Below are positions 10,878 to 23,838 of a DNA stretch of 39,788 bases, one piece after another (the stretch's first letter is position 1; the number at the start of each line of letters is the position of its first letter). A program made the translations under genes and the position numbers. This stretch comes from Sphaeroforma arctica JP610. Taxonomy: Eukaryota. The stretch spans positions 1 to 39,788 of the forward strand of contig NW_014039797.1 of NCBI RefSeq assembly GCF_001186125.1, read 5' to 3'. The notes beneath the pieces are model-generated. The model was not told where the DNA came from. It saw only the letters and a program-made list of their open reading frames with translations, and made no database searches.

Positions 10878-13800
10878 TTGATTGATCCTGGTTCTGAAAT
10901 TTCATGTATATCCTATCGCTTTACATTAATGAAAGATATCGAAAGGAGAACACAAACAACTCACCTCATTTTAGCTGATGAGAAAACCTCCAAGTGTGAA
11001 ACTATGGCAACAGATGTGAAGGTCTCGTTAGCCGATGATAGGACTATCACTACCCAAGCTGTGATAGTTAAGATGTCACAGAAGTACGGCATTATAGTCG
11101 GAATGAGCGATTTACTCACTCTAGGTTTAACCGTAACTGGTTTACCAAATAATATAGATCCATTAAAAGATCAGTCAGACGATAACTGTCTGAAACCATA
11201 TAAGCCCCCGTCAGACACAATCAAGGCATTAATACCTGACTTTGAGGACAAAATCATGGATCTGATTCTAGTAAATAAGAAGATAAAAATCAAGGATTGG
11301 GCAAAATTCCGTTTTAACGACGGATATGTCAGCCTTGACTCAACCAAGGTGGACTTTACACAGTTGAAGTGCCCCTCAAGGGACTATGTATCCTGGAGAC
11401 ACGAGGCTGTGGTAAAAGAACAAGTTGAGAAATGGTTAGCAGATGGAGTGATAGAAATTAACTATCAACAGACGCCAGTTAACTTGGCATTGCTAGCTGT
11501 AGACCAACATAGCTCTGACGGATCTTTTAAGAAAGTCAGAGTATGTTTAGATGAGTCCGATAAACAAATTATTGCCGACTCATAGCTTTCACCTACCTCG
11601 TATTAACGAGCTACTGCAAAGGATAGAAGGTGCTACAGTATTTACAACTATAGACCTTACACAAGAATAACATCAAATGCAGATATATGAACCACATCGC
11701 AAATACTTTAGTTTACGTGGAAAGGTAAACAATACAGGTTTAGAGGAGTACCTTTTGGGTTGCACTCTATACCAGCATTCTTCCAACAAGCAATGGATGA
11801 AATGTTTGTAGACATGCCTAACGTGCAAGTCTACATAGATGACATAGTCATCTTTTCGAAAACTAAGGGCGAACACGCCGCATTAGTCAGATGAGTCCTT
11901 AAGAGACTCAACGAGCAAAACTTCAAGATTAACGAGAAGAAATGCCACTTCGCAATGAGCGAGATACAGCTCTTAGGCTATCGTATATCTGGGAAAGGTA
12001 TTAAGATCGATCCCGGAAAGGTAGAACACCTGTTAGATTGGCGAACACCAACTACAGGACGAGATGTGAACAGCATATGTGGGTTTGTAAACTTCTTTTC
12101 AGATGGAGTACCACACTTGGCTGATTACCTTAAATCTTTTGGACACTTAAGATGTCATAAAGGTAAACTAGGCGACTTGTGGACAAAAGAGTGTGATGAT
12201 GCGTTTAAAGCACTCAAACACGCCGTCCAACAAGCAACTATAGTACAAGTACAAGGGCCTTTTGATGCCGTGCCGTTTGAAACAGCAACGGACACTTCCG
12301 ACCTAGCCTTAAGAGGAGTATTATATCAGGTTATAGATAACAAACCTAGATATATACAATTATTTAGTCGAGCGATGAATGCTTCACACTTGAATTATCC
12401 TACTGTTAGACAAGTGCTATTAGCCATAGTGGCAGCTCTAACACACTTCTGAGATTACTTATATGGAACAGCATTTACGCTGATGTGTGATCAGAAATCT
12501 CTTCAATATATGAAAGAGATGAAACCCGACTCACAACTACTGAGTCACTGGCATGATACAATATCAAAGTTTTATTTTGATATAAAACAACTGCCAGGAA
12601 TACATAACCATTTACCGGATATGTTATCACGCTTCGTACCAGACTTTAATAAGTCAGTACGTGAGCTCTTAGCTACCGATTGGAAATGCAATCCACGGTG
12701 GTTTGATTTGGCTCAAAAGATATATCGGCCACATATCATAGATATGTTTGCTGCACATCATAATGCACAACTATCGAATTACAGGACTTTAAATCATCCT
12801 TTGGGAGACGCCTTTCAATTAGACCTCTCCAAACATAATGCGTGGGCTAATCCACCATGGCAGTTAATTGCCCAGCTATTAAATTACGTTCATATACATA
12901 AAGCTACCATTACACTGTGTTGCCACTTACGGAGTTTAGATCCGTGGCTCAATAAATTGATCAGCATGATACAATGCGAGCCAATATATTTAAATAGGGA
13001 AGTAGATACTTTCCTATATCAGGGTACCCGAGCCGTCCAGAAGACGCCCTGGAGACATACTATAATATGTCGTATAGATCCCATTGAAACAACCAAATGG
13101 ACCCCTTCTGAGACCTTTCTTAATAAGGTCAAAGAATCAGAGATTACACTCTCTACTAATTTGAATGTTAAGCAGTTCAATTACAATACAGTACGTGAAG
13201 TTTGTACACAAGAGATACAATCTACTATTGACACTACAGTTAAGAAGCGTCAATCTCTAGCTCGGACTTTATTTAATAATATAAAGTCTAAGTCCGAAAT
13301 CTTTCAACTCCTATTTTTAAAGGGATTAATGAAAGATAACCTGAAGTACATGCACATATAATGCGACTATTAAATAATTCGAGTGAAGCAAATGCGTATG
13401 AACGTACTAAAGATGCGCACGCAGTAGAGGGTCAGGAGTCTGAAAACACTACAGACTTAGAGCATACGCAAGTGGATTCTCAACACCCTACCTTTATTCT
13501 GGAAGAGCAGAATGATGAAAACATTATCGCTTGGCTGACGCAAAATCATAAGTTGAAGCACCAGAACGTAGTAGAAGCACTTAAAGATGCCAAGCGAAAT
13601 GGGTTAGCGCACCCTAAGCTGGCGACTTTAGTGGATAAATTATATCAGTTATGTACAAACTGTGATCTCAATCAGATCAGGCGCTATGGATTCGCACCAC
13701 TTAAGAGTGTGACCAAAGATTTTCCATGGCGCAGGGTCATCATTGATCTGGTTGACCTGCCTACGTCCGAGCACACAGGCGACCGTTACGTATGTCACTT

Positions 13801-14932
13801 CTTTGATGTGGCGTCACGGTTTAACTTGCTCTATTCATTAAAGGATAAGAATACGCAGACCGTGGCAGAGTTATGTCGCCAACTCTTTGCTGACCACGGG
13901 TGGCCAGGTATTATGTGCTCTGATAACGGTAGTGAGTTCTGCGATGACGTAATGGAATCGCTAGTACTTGTATCAGGTGTGCCATATAAACCGCAAACGC
14001 AAGGCACGAATGAAACGCGCCATAGAAGACTTAAGTTCTTCCTGCGTACTGCATTAACGGATGATGCAGATGATTGGCCGTACCACATTAAGTGGGTACA
14101 AACACAGATGAACGAGTGTGCTGATCCGGTTACAGGAACTACACCCGCTCACTATTTTCATGGTAGATATAGTGAGTTACAAATCTCCTTTAACAAGGAC
14201 GAACCTGATCACCATGAGTTACCATGGTTAGAGAAGGTATAACGTATTTATAACGTTGTATATCTTTGCTTGCGAGAAATACGCAATACAGCCTTATCAA
14301 AAAGGCAAAAGCGTTGGAAAACTACCAAGAAGATATCAGAGTATCAGGTCGGTGACAGAGTTAACATCCGTCAACGTAATTCCGATGCTACTGTATTAAC
14401 ATCTAAATGGATAGGTACATATATAATCTCTGTAGCAGACACTAAAAGTGGAACGTACGAGGTAAATAACCACGATGGTTCTAGTGCGTTTAATATAGGC
14501 ACAAGTCGTATTTCGACTACAAAGATTATACTCGCAAGAAGACCTGATTCTAATGTCCCTCTTGAACGCTCCGAATTTAAAGATATAATAAGGAGAACGG
14601 ATAAAGGAGGATATACATACTATCGTACTCGCTTTATAGATGTTACAATCGCTGAGTTGATTTCAGATGCTTTCGATAATCAAGACTATTTAAAATCATT
14701 TAATCGAAAATGGCGTAAACGCCTGCATAAGTCACAAGCTGAAGAAGATAGCATGTTTCCATCGTCTGAAGGCAAGGAAGTTAAAACTTACCCGCCTACA
14801 GCATTTATCCCGAGCTTTAATGCTCATCCTTCATATGTGCTTAAGACACTGAAGCGTAAGAAACGTCCAGTCGACCACCACGGACCTACTGGACCTAAGC
14901 CCAAAACTCACAGGGTAACCGAGAACGCTTAA
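10878..14932 (+). pseudogene. pol: Gypsy pol polyprotein with stops/frameshifts: PR-RT-RNaseH-MTase-IN-chromo-like
   Basis: LIDPGSEISCI (PR); KVRVCLD, PFG, YIDD at 11832, LLGY (RT); TDTSD, NYPTV, DQKSL, PDMLSR (RH); H..H..CTNC, IDLVD, SDNGSEF, GTNE (IN); KWIGTY. Confidence 0.93.
12678..13082 (+). other. Dam-like (DIRS-type) N6-adenine DNA methyltransferase domain in frame with RNase H
   Basis: DWKCNPRWF, IDMFAAHHNAQL (SAM-binding motif I), DAF, WANPPW (catalytic motif IV, 12849-12860), ITL..DPWLNKL. Confidence 0.88.
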
Positions 14933-15052
14933 GTTCTTCGCCTGAGAAACATTAACTATATGTTATGCTACTTAATGTTTCGATCCTTTTACTCGCTTTT
15001 TGGCCCAAAATCAGCTTGAGTGAGCAACTAGCCTCTCTTGGGTCTCAAAGCT

Positions 15053-15064
15053 GGGTGGGGGTTG
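15053..15064 (+). promoter_or_regulatory. G-rich polypurine-tract-like sequence
   Basis: GGGTGGGGGTTG directly before the LTR TG. Confidence 0.7.
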
Positions 15065-15834
15065 TGTAATAGCCGGGCCTCCACATTAGACTCTATGTTA
15101 TAAATGTACTCTTAAGCAGTACGTAAAATATAAATGTACTCTTAATAGTACAAGGAACTTAAGATTCCTAAATAGTTTTCAACGGTTTTATTAATTAATA
15201 CCTTTTCCATTTTATATATCAGATGTTTGATGAAGGCTATTAAAAAGCCCGATTAAAATGCCAAAGATAGGATTTGGAATAGTTTTATTAATAGAACTAT
15301 ATTTTATTACAAATCTATTTATATCTGAATACTTCGGTAGCGAGATGGCTCAACCGAAAATAGGTTTCTAGGGACTATTAATGTTACCTAGTTGATCCTC
15401 CGTTCAACCAACCAGATGTGCCAGTCTGATGATGGCAAGTCGGTAATTCTTAATAAGTGGAAAGTTATTGATTAAGATACTAACAAAAGACATCAAGAGT
15501 ATTTTCTTATTCTTTTTACTATTTTTCTTCTTCTAAAGATAGGATTTTATGAGTCTCTCGGGTTCGCCCCAACGAAACATACCATAGTTTCTAATAGAGC
15601 GACAACGAAACACTAAATAAAATCCCTTCGGCGAAAACAGTACTGAGAGGATTATATATAGGCAATGTCTCAGCCTCACAATCCCTCAGAGTATTGCTGT
15701 TTTCACGAAGCATACCTAACTTTACCAAAAGACTCATTTCGTTTATTCAGTTCAAATTCCACGATACTTAGACTTAACCTAAGCGTTTAATTACTTTAAG
15801 GCGTTAGTATCGCCTTGATAGACCGAATCTTACA
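15065..15834 (+). repeat. 3' LTR of Gypsy-1 (770 bp)
   Basis: TG...CA termini; homologous to 8173-8799 plus ~140 bp extra. Confidence 0.92.
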
Positions 15835-18545
15835 AATGTTCAAAGGTATTGCGTACCAACGACGATCTCCGCGCCAACCCTGTATACCGGGTGCCGATAA
15901 CACAGGCGCCACCCTCACTGGTTACTCTGAGGACCTATTCAATTTCACAAACCCGTACGTGGTTCCACCGGATAGCGGACCTTCGCCAGATGTAACGCCA
16001 GATACAACTCGCCATACGCCCCGACGATGTAATGAAGGTTATACTGCGCTATCACAATAAGGGATCCACATCCACCTCCTAAATGCGAAGCCGATAGCCC
16101 ACTGATTAAACTTCTTGCCGAATCATTCACTGAGCTACTGAAGGCTGGTACCTTCCCTGCAGCCCTGAACTGCACTCTCCTGACAATGCACCTGAAGAAA
16201 AAAATGATGCAGATATTACCTCCCCCGCCGACTTCCGTCGCAAATAGTCAGACGCATCTTTGAGAAGTGCTTCCTCAAGCTGATTACAAGCCACCCCGGC
16301 TCTGCTACTCATGCTACTCAAGCTGGCTTCAAATCACGATACTCATGCCATGCCTAAGCACTCGCCGCCATGGAATCTGAGACACAGTCGGAAGAGGAGT
16401 GGAACGACGACTGTCTGGACAATACCACGGCATACGACAAGGTTGCTCTCCCGCGCCTGTGGGTACTTCTGCGCCACGCTGGAATGCTCAAAAACTGGAT
16501 CAACTGCCTCCTCGTACTATTTGAGAGGGTCCCTACCGAGTGACATACCGCGGCACGCTCTCGCCTCTATTCCATAGAACGAATGGCATCCTACAAGGCT
16601 CAATCTTTGTCTCCCAGCTCTTTATTATCTACTTGGATTCCTTAGCTGTCACGCTAGCACAATTCCGGTCCAAGCTCCTCCGCTCTCATTTATTTGTCGA
16701 CAATACATGGATCCAAGCCCCACGCCTCAATCGGTTCCGCTCCAGCCCTTCTTAGACGACATTGATGCTTGGGGAAGCAAATCTGGCCTCGAACAGGGTG
16801 TCATCAAATCCCGAGTACGATCTACTGACTTGCGACACGCGGCGCCAACCCTCCGTATAAATGGTGAGCATATCACGCCGCCGAAAACTCGACGCTACCT
16901 CCCCCTGAAGATGGCACCCACACATGCTATGTCTAAACTCTTCAAATATCTGGGGTTCCCACTCTTTCACGGAATACCAGGGATTAACCTCGCCAGACAT
17001 ATGGAATCCCTGGTTGCAGTATTGACCCCGGGTATCGCCTCCATCCGCGCTTATGGCTTCCATGGCTTCAGCTGGCGACACCCCCGCAACCGACTGGTGC
17101 TGTTGTAAACATTCATCCTATCCATGGCTACATATGGCCTGAACATTGTTGCCTGGGCTCCGCCTATATGGAAGGATGCGCTGGGCCCCCTGTTTGAGCG
17201 CTATAACTCAACACGCATCCAAGCAGCAGCCATCATCACGGGCACTAAATACCCTAGCTTTCCCAAACATCAAACAAACTTACTCTACTTATGTGGCCTG
17301 CTTCCCAAGCGACCATTCGCGGACTACCTCGGAGGTTGCCTGGGAATACAACTCAACTCAATGGTCAGCACAAACCCACTCACCCCTCTGACGCAACCTA
17401 CCTGGGTCCACGACAAACCATCACTGCGCTTCCCGTACAGTATTTATGCCCACCTGAAAACTGTATACAAACTTAAGGGCGGGCGTACACTCCGAACATG
17501 TAGCCCTCCGCCGACGCTGTGACGACATTAGGAAGAACTCAACGAAACGCCGGTCCAAAAAAAGAGATCGCGGCAATGGCTCGGCGCCAATACTGCTACC
17601 AACTGGTCATGGACAAACCGCCAACCTCAAATCGGGACAAAGCCAGACACGACAGCTTCAACCGCTACTTCGATCCTACACTAATCCGGCTCTGTGCTAT
17701 GATTGTAACGAATACATACATGTTCACCCTGCTCGACTACCGCACCGACGGCTGCCTCTGCCCTGTCTGCCCCGGTGGCCACAAATTCACCACCAGCCAC
17801 TTTGCCTGCATCCAACAATTGATCCGGCGCATCCTGGTAGTCCCGAAACTCGCCCCTCCCCCTCCCCCACCCCCCCCTCCCCCCTGACATCTTCCAGCAA
17901 CTACAGGAGCGCCACAATTTCCACGGTACCTGGACCCTCCACGAACACCTTGGATCCTTTCTCCAGCATATAGAACTAACCCCGTACCCACACCCGCTCT
18001 AACACATCAACGGATGTTCCCCATACCCCGGTTAATCACGCTGTTGAATTACTACTTCCAAATTTCGGCCCAATTTAAGTCATCGCGCCTGTTAGTTTCG
18101 CCTATGATACTTCCGATCCAGGCTAACCAGCACATTCCGAGTGCATTCGTGGTCTGGTACGGCATTGTTTCACCCCCAACCTTGCTCCTCAACCGAATTA
18201 TGACGGATAACCTGGTCCTACTTGGCATTTTGTACTCTGCACTAACCCATCCCATGGTACTACACGGTGCAGATCCGATCCGTACCACAGAAGTGGGTAC
18301 GTTACTTAGTAGGTCAGCAAGCGAATACGTGGCACACTCGATGGTGTCAGTTTTTTGTCAGCACCGGCCTGAATTGACCCAGCGCGTATCCTCCATAGTC
18401 GACTCACTTGGCCCAAGCTTCAAACGGGAATTTATTGACCACTTCTTCCCATCGATCTTCCCCGAATCACTACAACGGCCATGATAGCCATACCATATGT
18501 ACATACATTGTAGCTATCTCCTTTGAAATAAATAATATTATCCCT
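15835..18545 (+). mobile_element. LINE copy B, 3' part (RT, zinc finger, C-terminal domain), degenerate
   Basis: Begins aatgttcaaag, equivalent to 4003 of copy A; collinear to the common 3' end TATTATCCCT. Confidence 0.92.
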
Positions 18546-21500
18546 ATTCCATTACATGCATGATATTTCATCTCAATCTCGTTTCACGACTTTATCAGTT
18601 ACTCGGTTACTCTTGGACGTTTGGGTTTACATGGACATTTCTTAGTTCCTTTTGGGAATAAGTTTATTTCGTGATTTTTGAATCTTGGAATCTACATCAG
18701 AACATTTTTTGTAGGTAAGATAGCATCAGCATCAGTCTTATTTTTGTGTAGGTGTTTGCGAAACTTCTTGTTAGGCTTTCAATATGTCTGGATCGATCAA
18801 ATGCTGATGGTGGTAGGTCGTATTGTGCCATCTGCAAACTTTGTTGTGTAATAAATCATGTCATCATGTTTGTACTTCTCAAGAACTTTTTTAAACTCGT
18901 AAAACATAAGATGTATTGCAGTAGCTTCACGTATGCGACGAATGATGATTTCTATAATCGGAATACGACGTGATCCGATTTTTAGAGTTTTAGAATCGTC
19001 AACATTGGTAACTTTGTACGTTCTGCTTTTTTTACCGGGCACTGAAATCTTGAATGGTCAATGTACTTAGCCGTAAGCACAATTGTGTCGGAATTACGAG
19101 CCATGATGTTGGCTATGTCGCCTACCTCAAACTCTGGGGGGGGTTTTTAAAATCATTCCATCAGTTTCTGTCTCTTCTTGAACGCAATGTACATCTCTCT
19201 CAAATAAGGACAGACTACGTCTCTGGTTCGACTCATCTTCTCTAACCATGCTAGGACATGATTTTCTTGAGAATCCATGATTTTCTTGAGAATAAAGAAC
19301 TTGCAACTCACTATAGCGGTCCCTGAAATAGCGAGCAGGTACTATACCAGTATCAGATGTATCCGATGTCTCGTTCATTTTTGTCTGTACCCAATTGATT
19401 GAGTAAAGCCACATGTAAGCATTGTCTCGCAATGCTCCACTCACGAACTTCTTCATCTTTCTGTGTCACACCTCATTCGCACCTTGTATCTGAAGTTTGT
19501 AAGGTACACCCATTTTATGGCATGATCCTGCAACGAGTAACAGTGTCACCATGACGTCACCGGAAAACTCACTACCGTTGTCAGAACATACTATGGCTGG
19601 CCAACCGAAATCTACGAAACACTTGTAAATGCACACAGCCACAATTTCTTTCAGACGACATAAAATGTTATACCTTGAAGCAACATCAAACACGTGACAG
19701 ACATGCTTCTCTTTCGTGTGTTCGGACGTGGGTATCTTAACCAAATCAATGATTACCCGGCGCCACGGCTTGTCGTCAGATACGCTTCGTAATGGAGCGT
19801 ATCTGTAGCGCTTGATTCGGGTAGCTTTGCAGTCGTTATATTCAAAATACACCTGAGATGTATATTGCTTGAGGTTCGGGTGTACAATTGCGTGCATTTT
19901 GCAATCTTTCTCAGTTCTAACCGTATTTATATGTTAAAAACAGGGTTTGCTATTTCAGAACGACTTTCTCGGAAGAATGCGATACATAAAAATCAGGAGG
20001 GAGTGAATTCCACAGCGTCAACACCTGGACTTGAAAACGTATCACCATCTGGATGTTCCAGAGTCCGGTATTGCGGCAATTGCGTATTATGATGAGCCAC
20101 AATCATATCTATGATATGTGGATCATATATGTTGTCTGCGATCTTGAACCACCTAGGATTGTCCATTCAATCCGTAGATAGTAACTCCCGAGCCATCTTG
20201 TTGAAGTCCGGTACAAAACAAGCGTGACAGCATATTCGGTAAGTGATAGTGTATACCAGGGATATGTGTTATGCCGAATGTGAATTTTGCAATCGTAACG
20301 TGTCACCAATTGCGAGTTGGGTTTCATGTCATTTAGGTGTTGCAATGACTTCTGATCGCATGGTACAATAAAGTGTGTACCATACAAGTAATCCTTGAAA
20401 TGAGTGAGTGCATTTACAATAACTACTAGCTCTTATTGCACTGTTGGGTAATTGATCTGTGATGAGTTCATAGCCCTGCTAAAAAAATGCACATATATCG
20501 GACTCCCATCAATCATTTGATACAAAACGCCGCCAAGTGCCATGTCGGACGCATCATTACTGGTGCTTGTTGGACCACTGTTTGAGCTGCTTAACGGTGT
20601 CATCATCTTCTTTGATCCATGAAGCTCTTAATTTATCCTTATGACATCTCAAGTGCCCAAAGGGTTTAAGGTAACTTGCTTAATGAGGAACTCCATCCGA
20701 CATAAAGATGACGAAGCCGCACATGCTGTTCACGTCCTTGCCAGTAGTAGGTGTTTTCCAATCTAATTAATATTTTACCTTTCCTGGAGCAATCATAATC
20801 CCCGCGCCTGATACCCGGTAACCCAACAGCTGTATCTCGTTAGCGCCAAATTGATATTTCTTGCTGTTGATTTTAAAATTGTATTTGTTTAGTCTGGCTA
20901 AGACCTCACGTACAACTTTGTCATGTTCCTCTTTGGTCTTGTTATATAATGATAACGTCTATGTATACTTGCACATTATCCATGTTCTGAAACAAATCCT
21001 GCATGATCCGTCGGAAGAATGCTGGCAACATCTGTAGACGAAATGGTGCTCCATCACTCCATCTTCCAACCAGGCCTTGGCCTGTTCTCTGACTACCTGT
21101 TCGTGACACCATGCTATATAGTTGCGCGTCAGACATTTCAACTCCGAAAATTAATCCTTTAACTTCTCTGTAAATTAGGGTGCCATCTCTTTCACAGTCA
21201 TAAAAGGCCAATATACGGACTTCAGTAGGTTGTCATCTTACTAATCCTTTTGTGTGTCTATGTTAGTAGGTAAACATGTGATAGATATACCTATTGACAA
21301 CATGTCTCCCATACCTGCTATCAAGTCGTAGTCTGGTGAGATGTTATAGAATACTGCTTTTGTGACTATGGTGCGCTGACTGATGAGCGTAAACCTCGGA
21401 TCTACAGCCGTGGCACAACATACTATCTCACTCTCGTCAGCTAACTTTAACATACGAGGTTCTGATTTTCGAGTTAGGGCGAGTCCAAACGACTAAAGCC

Positions 21501-22325
21501 ATTTAACATTAAAGTATAATATTAAAGTTGAAAAAAGGGCCTACGTGCCTTGAAAGTTGCACTTTCATTTTTACTGGTGGGCCGCCCATAGGTGCGTTTG
21601 TTTTTTATACGTACATTTCTCTAGAAATTTTACTCAGGACTATTAGTGCGTAAATGAAGTCACACTCCCTTTAACGGAAAAATAAAGTGTACTTAAAACT
21701 GTATATTACCATGCAGTCATATCTCATCCCCGTCGTCATCATTCTTTGTCTCCGCTGCCAGCACGTTCGTCGCGAGGCCGTTGTCGTACGAGACCGTTTA
21801 GCTGTAGGTGGCGGATATTCAGAGTCGGAATCTTCCTGATCTTCCTGCTCCTCTTTTGTTTTTGGTGAGGGACTCGCATCCGAATCGTCAACAGGGGTCT
21901 TCTTCCGATTTCTCCACGGTGAAACGCTTCTTCCTTTTAAAATCCTGCGGAAACTACGCGACAATTGGCAAAGTTTCTATGGTATCCGTCCGAATCCAAC
22001 GGCTCGTCAGTCATGGAAGAACCCTCCGGTTCTGTTTCTAACTCCGATTCCGTCCCTGATCGGGTTCGACTCCATAATGTAGGACCTACTGGTCCACGCT
22101 GCGAAGTCTTCTCCTGCGTCTCTTTCACGCCCTGACCTTCGGTTGTTTCAGTGGGCGCTGATTTCTTTTATTTCTTGGCGACTGTAGCTCTGCTACTTTT
22201 TGCCTCCTTTTCTTTTGTACCTGCAACCTTTTTTCCAGCTGCCATCTCCTGCATCGACTTCACCTCGCTTGGTGAGAATATCGATCTTTTAATGTTTTAA
22301 CTTCGGCGTCTTTCTCGCTGTCAGG

Positions 22326-22449
22326 GTGTATGTGAGTGTTTGTGTATATGAGCCAGCAGGTGTACGTGAGTGTTTGTGTATATGAGCCAGCAGGTGTATG
22401 TGAGTGTGGGTTTATATGAGCCAGCAGGTGTATGTGAGTTTTTGTGTAT
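22326..22449. repeat. 34-bp minisatellite, ~3.6 copies
   Basis: gtgtatgtgagtgtttgtgtatatgagccagcag starting 22326, 22360, 22394, 22428. Confidence 0.92.
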
Positions 22450-22509
22450 TCATGGCTTTGCAACTGTACATCTACGAGTGGACTTAGACGCCTTGCGATT
22501 TCCTCTTCG

Positions 22510-22799
22510 TTGATTCATTAAGTTGATAGCGTTATAGATTTAAAATATGTAAAAATCAGACCAATCAGGCTGACTACATAGTACCAACACGTATGTGTTA
22601 AAGGAAATAAAAGTAAATTCAGTTTAGCTTCAGCCCTCAGGAATGAGCAAAAGATTAGGGTGTTTAAGACTTAAGCTATTGTCTATATAGCTCCGTTCTA
22701 ATCACTCACTACTTCGGCCTAGATTTATGTGATGTTAGTAGCTAAAGATCAAGAGTATATTACATTAGATACATGATATGTCACTTCAATTTCATTTCA
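22510..22799 (-). repeat. Putative 5' LTR of Gypsy-2
   Basis: Aligns to 9149-9372 joined to 18546-18586; similarity stops at ...tttCA (TG on minus). Left boundary approximate. Confidence 0.68.
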
Positions 22800-23838
22800 T
22801 GCCTCGAAACAATCCTCCAATCGCAATTGATAGAAAAAATCAATAAGTTCAACTTTTGAAAAATAAATGAAATCAAAAATACCAAGTTGGTGCAGTTAAA
22901 TGTCTGCAATTATACCCCTTCACTTGGTATCTACCTCTCCATCCTATTGAAGGCATAGATGGACACACCTAGTAGGCTGGCTAGGAGGATTCAATATCAA
23001 GTCCTACTTCTCAGTGGATTATATTGCGATGAGAGTATTCAGAAATGTAACATGCGTCATCAGGCGTCAATTTCACCTGAGACTCTCCAATTATTTTGAT
23101 GGAAAACGTATCATTATAGCAAAAACCACCAGTATGATATACAATAGAGTTTCCACTCTCTATTATATATAACTGTACAATCAAATATTTAAAACTTATA
23201 ATTTGTTTGTTTGCATTTCTCAATATCCAAATCTAGATTATTAGATTATTTTGCAATTTCACAAATACCTATAATTACGTTTTAATGTATTCCAGTTTTA
23301 CAATCATTGAGCGTTTAAACGTTCATACGGTTATAAAATACGTTTATCATGTGCTTCTACTTTAGGAACTCGCTATATTACAGGTGCATGGAGGCGCTAC
23401 AGTAGGAACAGGCGGCTATACAAAGTCATCATGTCAGATACAAAAGATACGGAGGATCATTGTCTCTCGACCGACGGGTTAGTCTATACATTGGAGGTTC
23501 AATGTCTCGATCTCCGCAAGCACTGCCGGTTCAGTGCTCAATCTAAAATGTGAGTGAGAACCATCCAAATCTTTGCGTTGGTTGTGTAGCCCAACTTCCG
23601 AGGAAGGATCGCCAGAAACTGAGTAACTGAAAAAAGTGGGAGGTGCCTTGTGCATATCTACTCATACTCGTGCTTGGACACCTGGCGTGTCTTCCTCTAG
23701 TAGCACAAAGGAATCGTCCATCAGACCGTCATGAAGAATGTCCTTGATCACATGGTCCACTGTATCCAGTGTCTTGGAACGGAAGGAGAGTGGCTGTCGA
23801 GTCGAAACCCTCACCGAATAGTTCCAACTACCGTGTAG

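Larger units (their letters stand above)
10623..15834 (+). mobile_element. Ty3/Gypsy LTR retrotransposon (Gypsy-1), 5' LTR and most of gag deleted, inserted in LINE B
   Basis: Order: Cys/His knuckle remnant, protease, RT, RNase H, methylase, integrase, G-rich tract, LTR; LINE B resumes at 15835. Confidence 0.93.
18546..22799 (-). mobile_element. Older degenerate Gypsy element (Gypsy-2) related to Gypsy-1
   Basis: LKLADES (PR), VQVYIDV (RT), CDQKSL (RH), IDMIVAHHNTQL (MTase start), PWRRVIIDLV and SDNGSEF (IN), YEFKKVL (chromo-like), KPKRPRVTE end. Confidence 0.88.

Noticed and set aside
10878..14932. DIRS element (because of the methylase)
   Set aside because: Has aspartic protease, DDE integrase, PPT-like tract and TG..CA LTR; no tyrosine recombinase seen
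8173..15834. Single full-length LTR element bounded by the two homologous LTRs
   Set aside because: Left LTR has its own CGCG TSD, and foreign LTR and LINE sequence lies between it and pol
22326..22449. CRISPR array
   Set aside because: Units are head-to-tail with no unique spacers; eukaryotic context; no cas genes
22758..22764. TATTACA as the Gypsy-2 LTR terminus
   Set aside because: Homology to 18546-18586 continues to 22799
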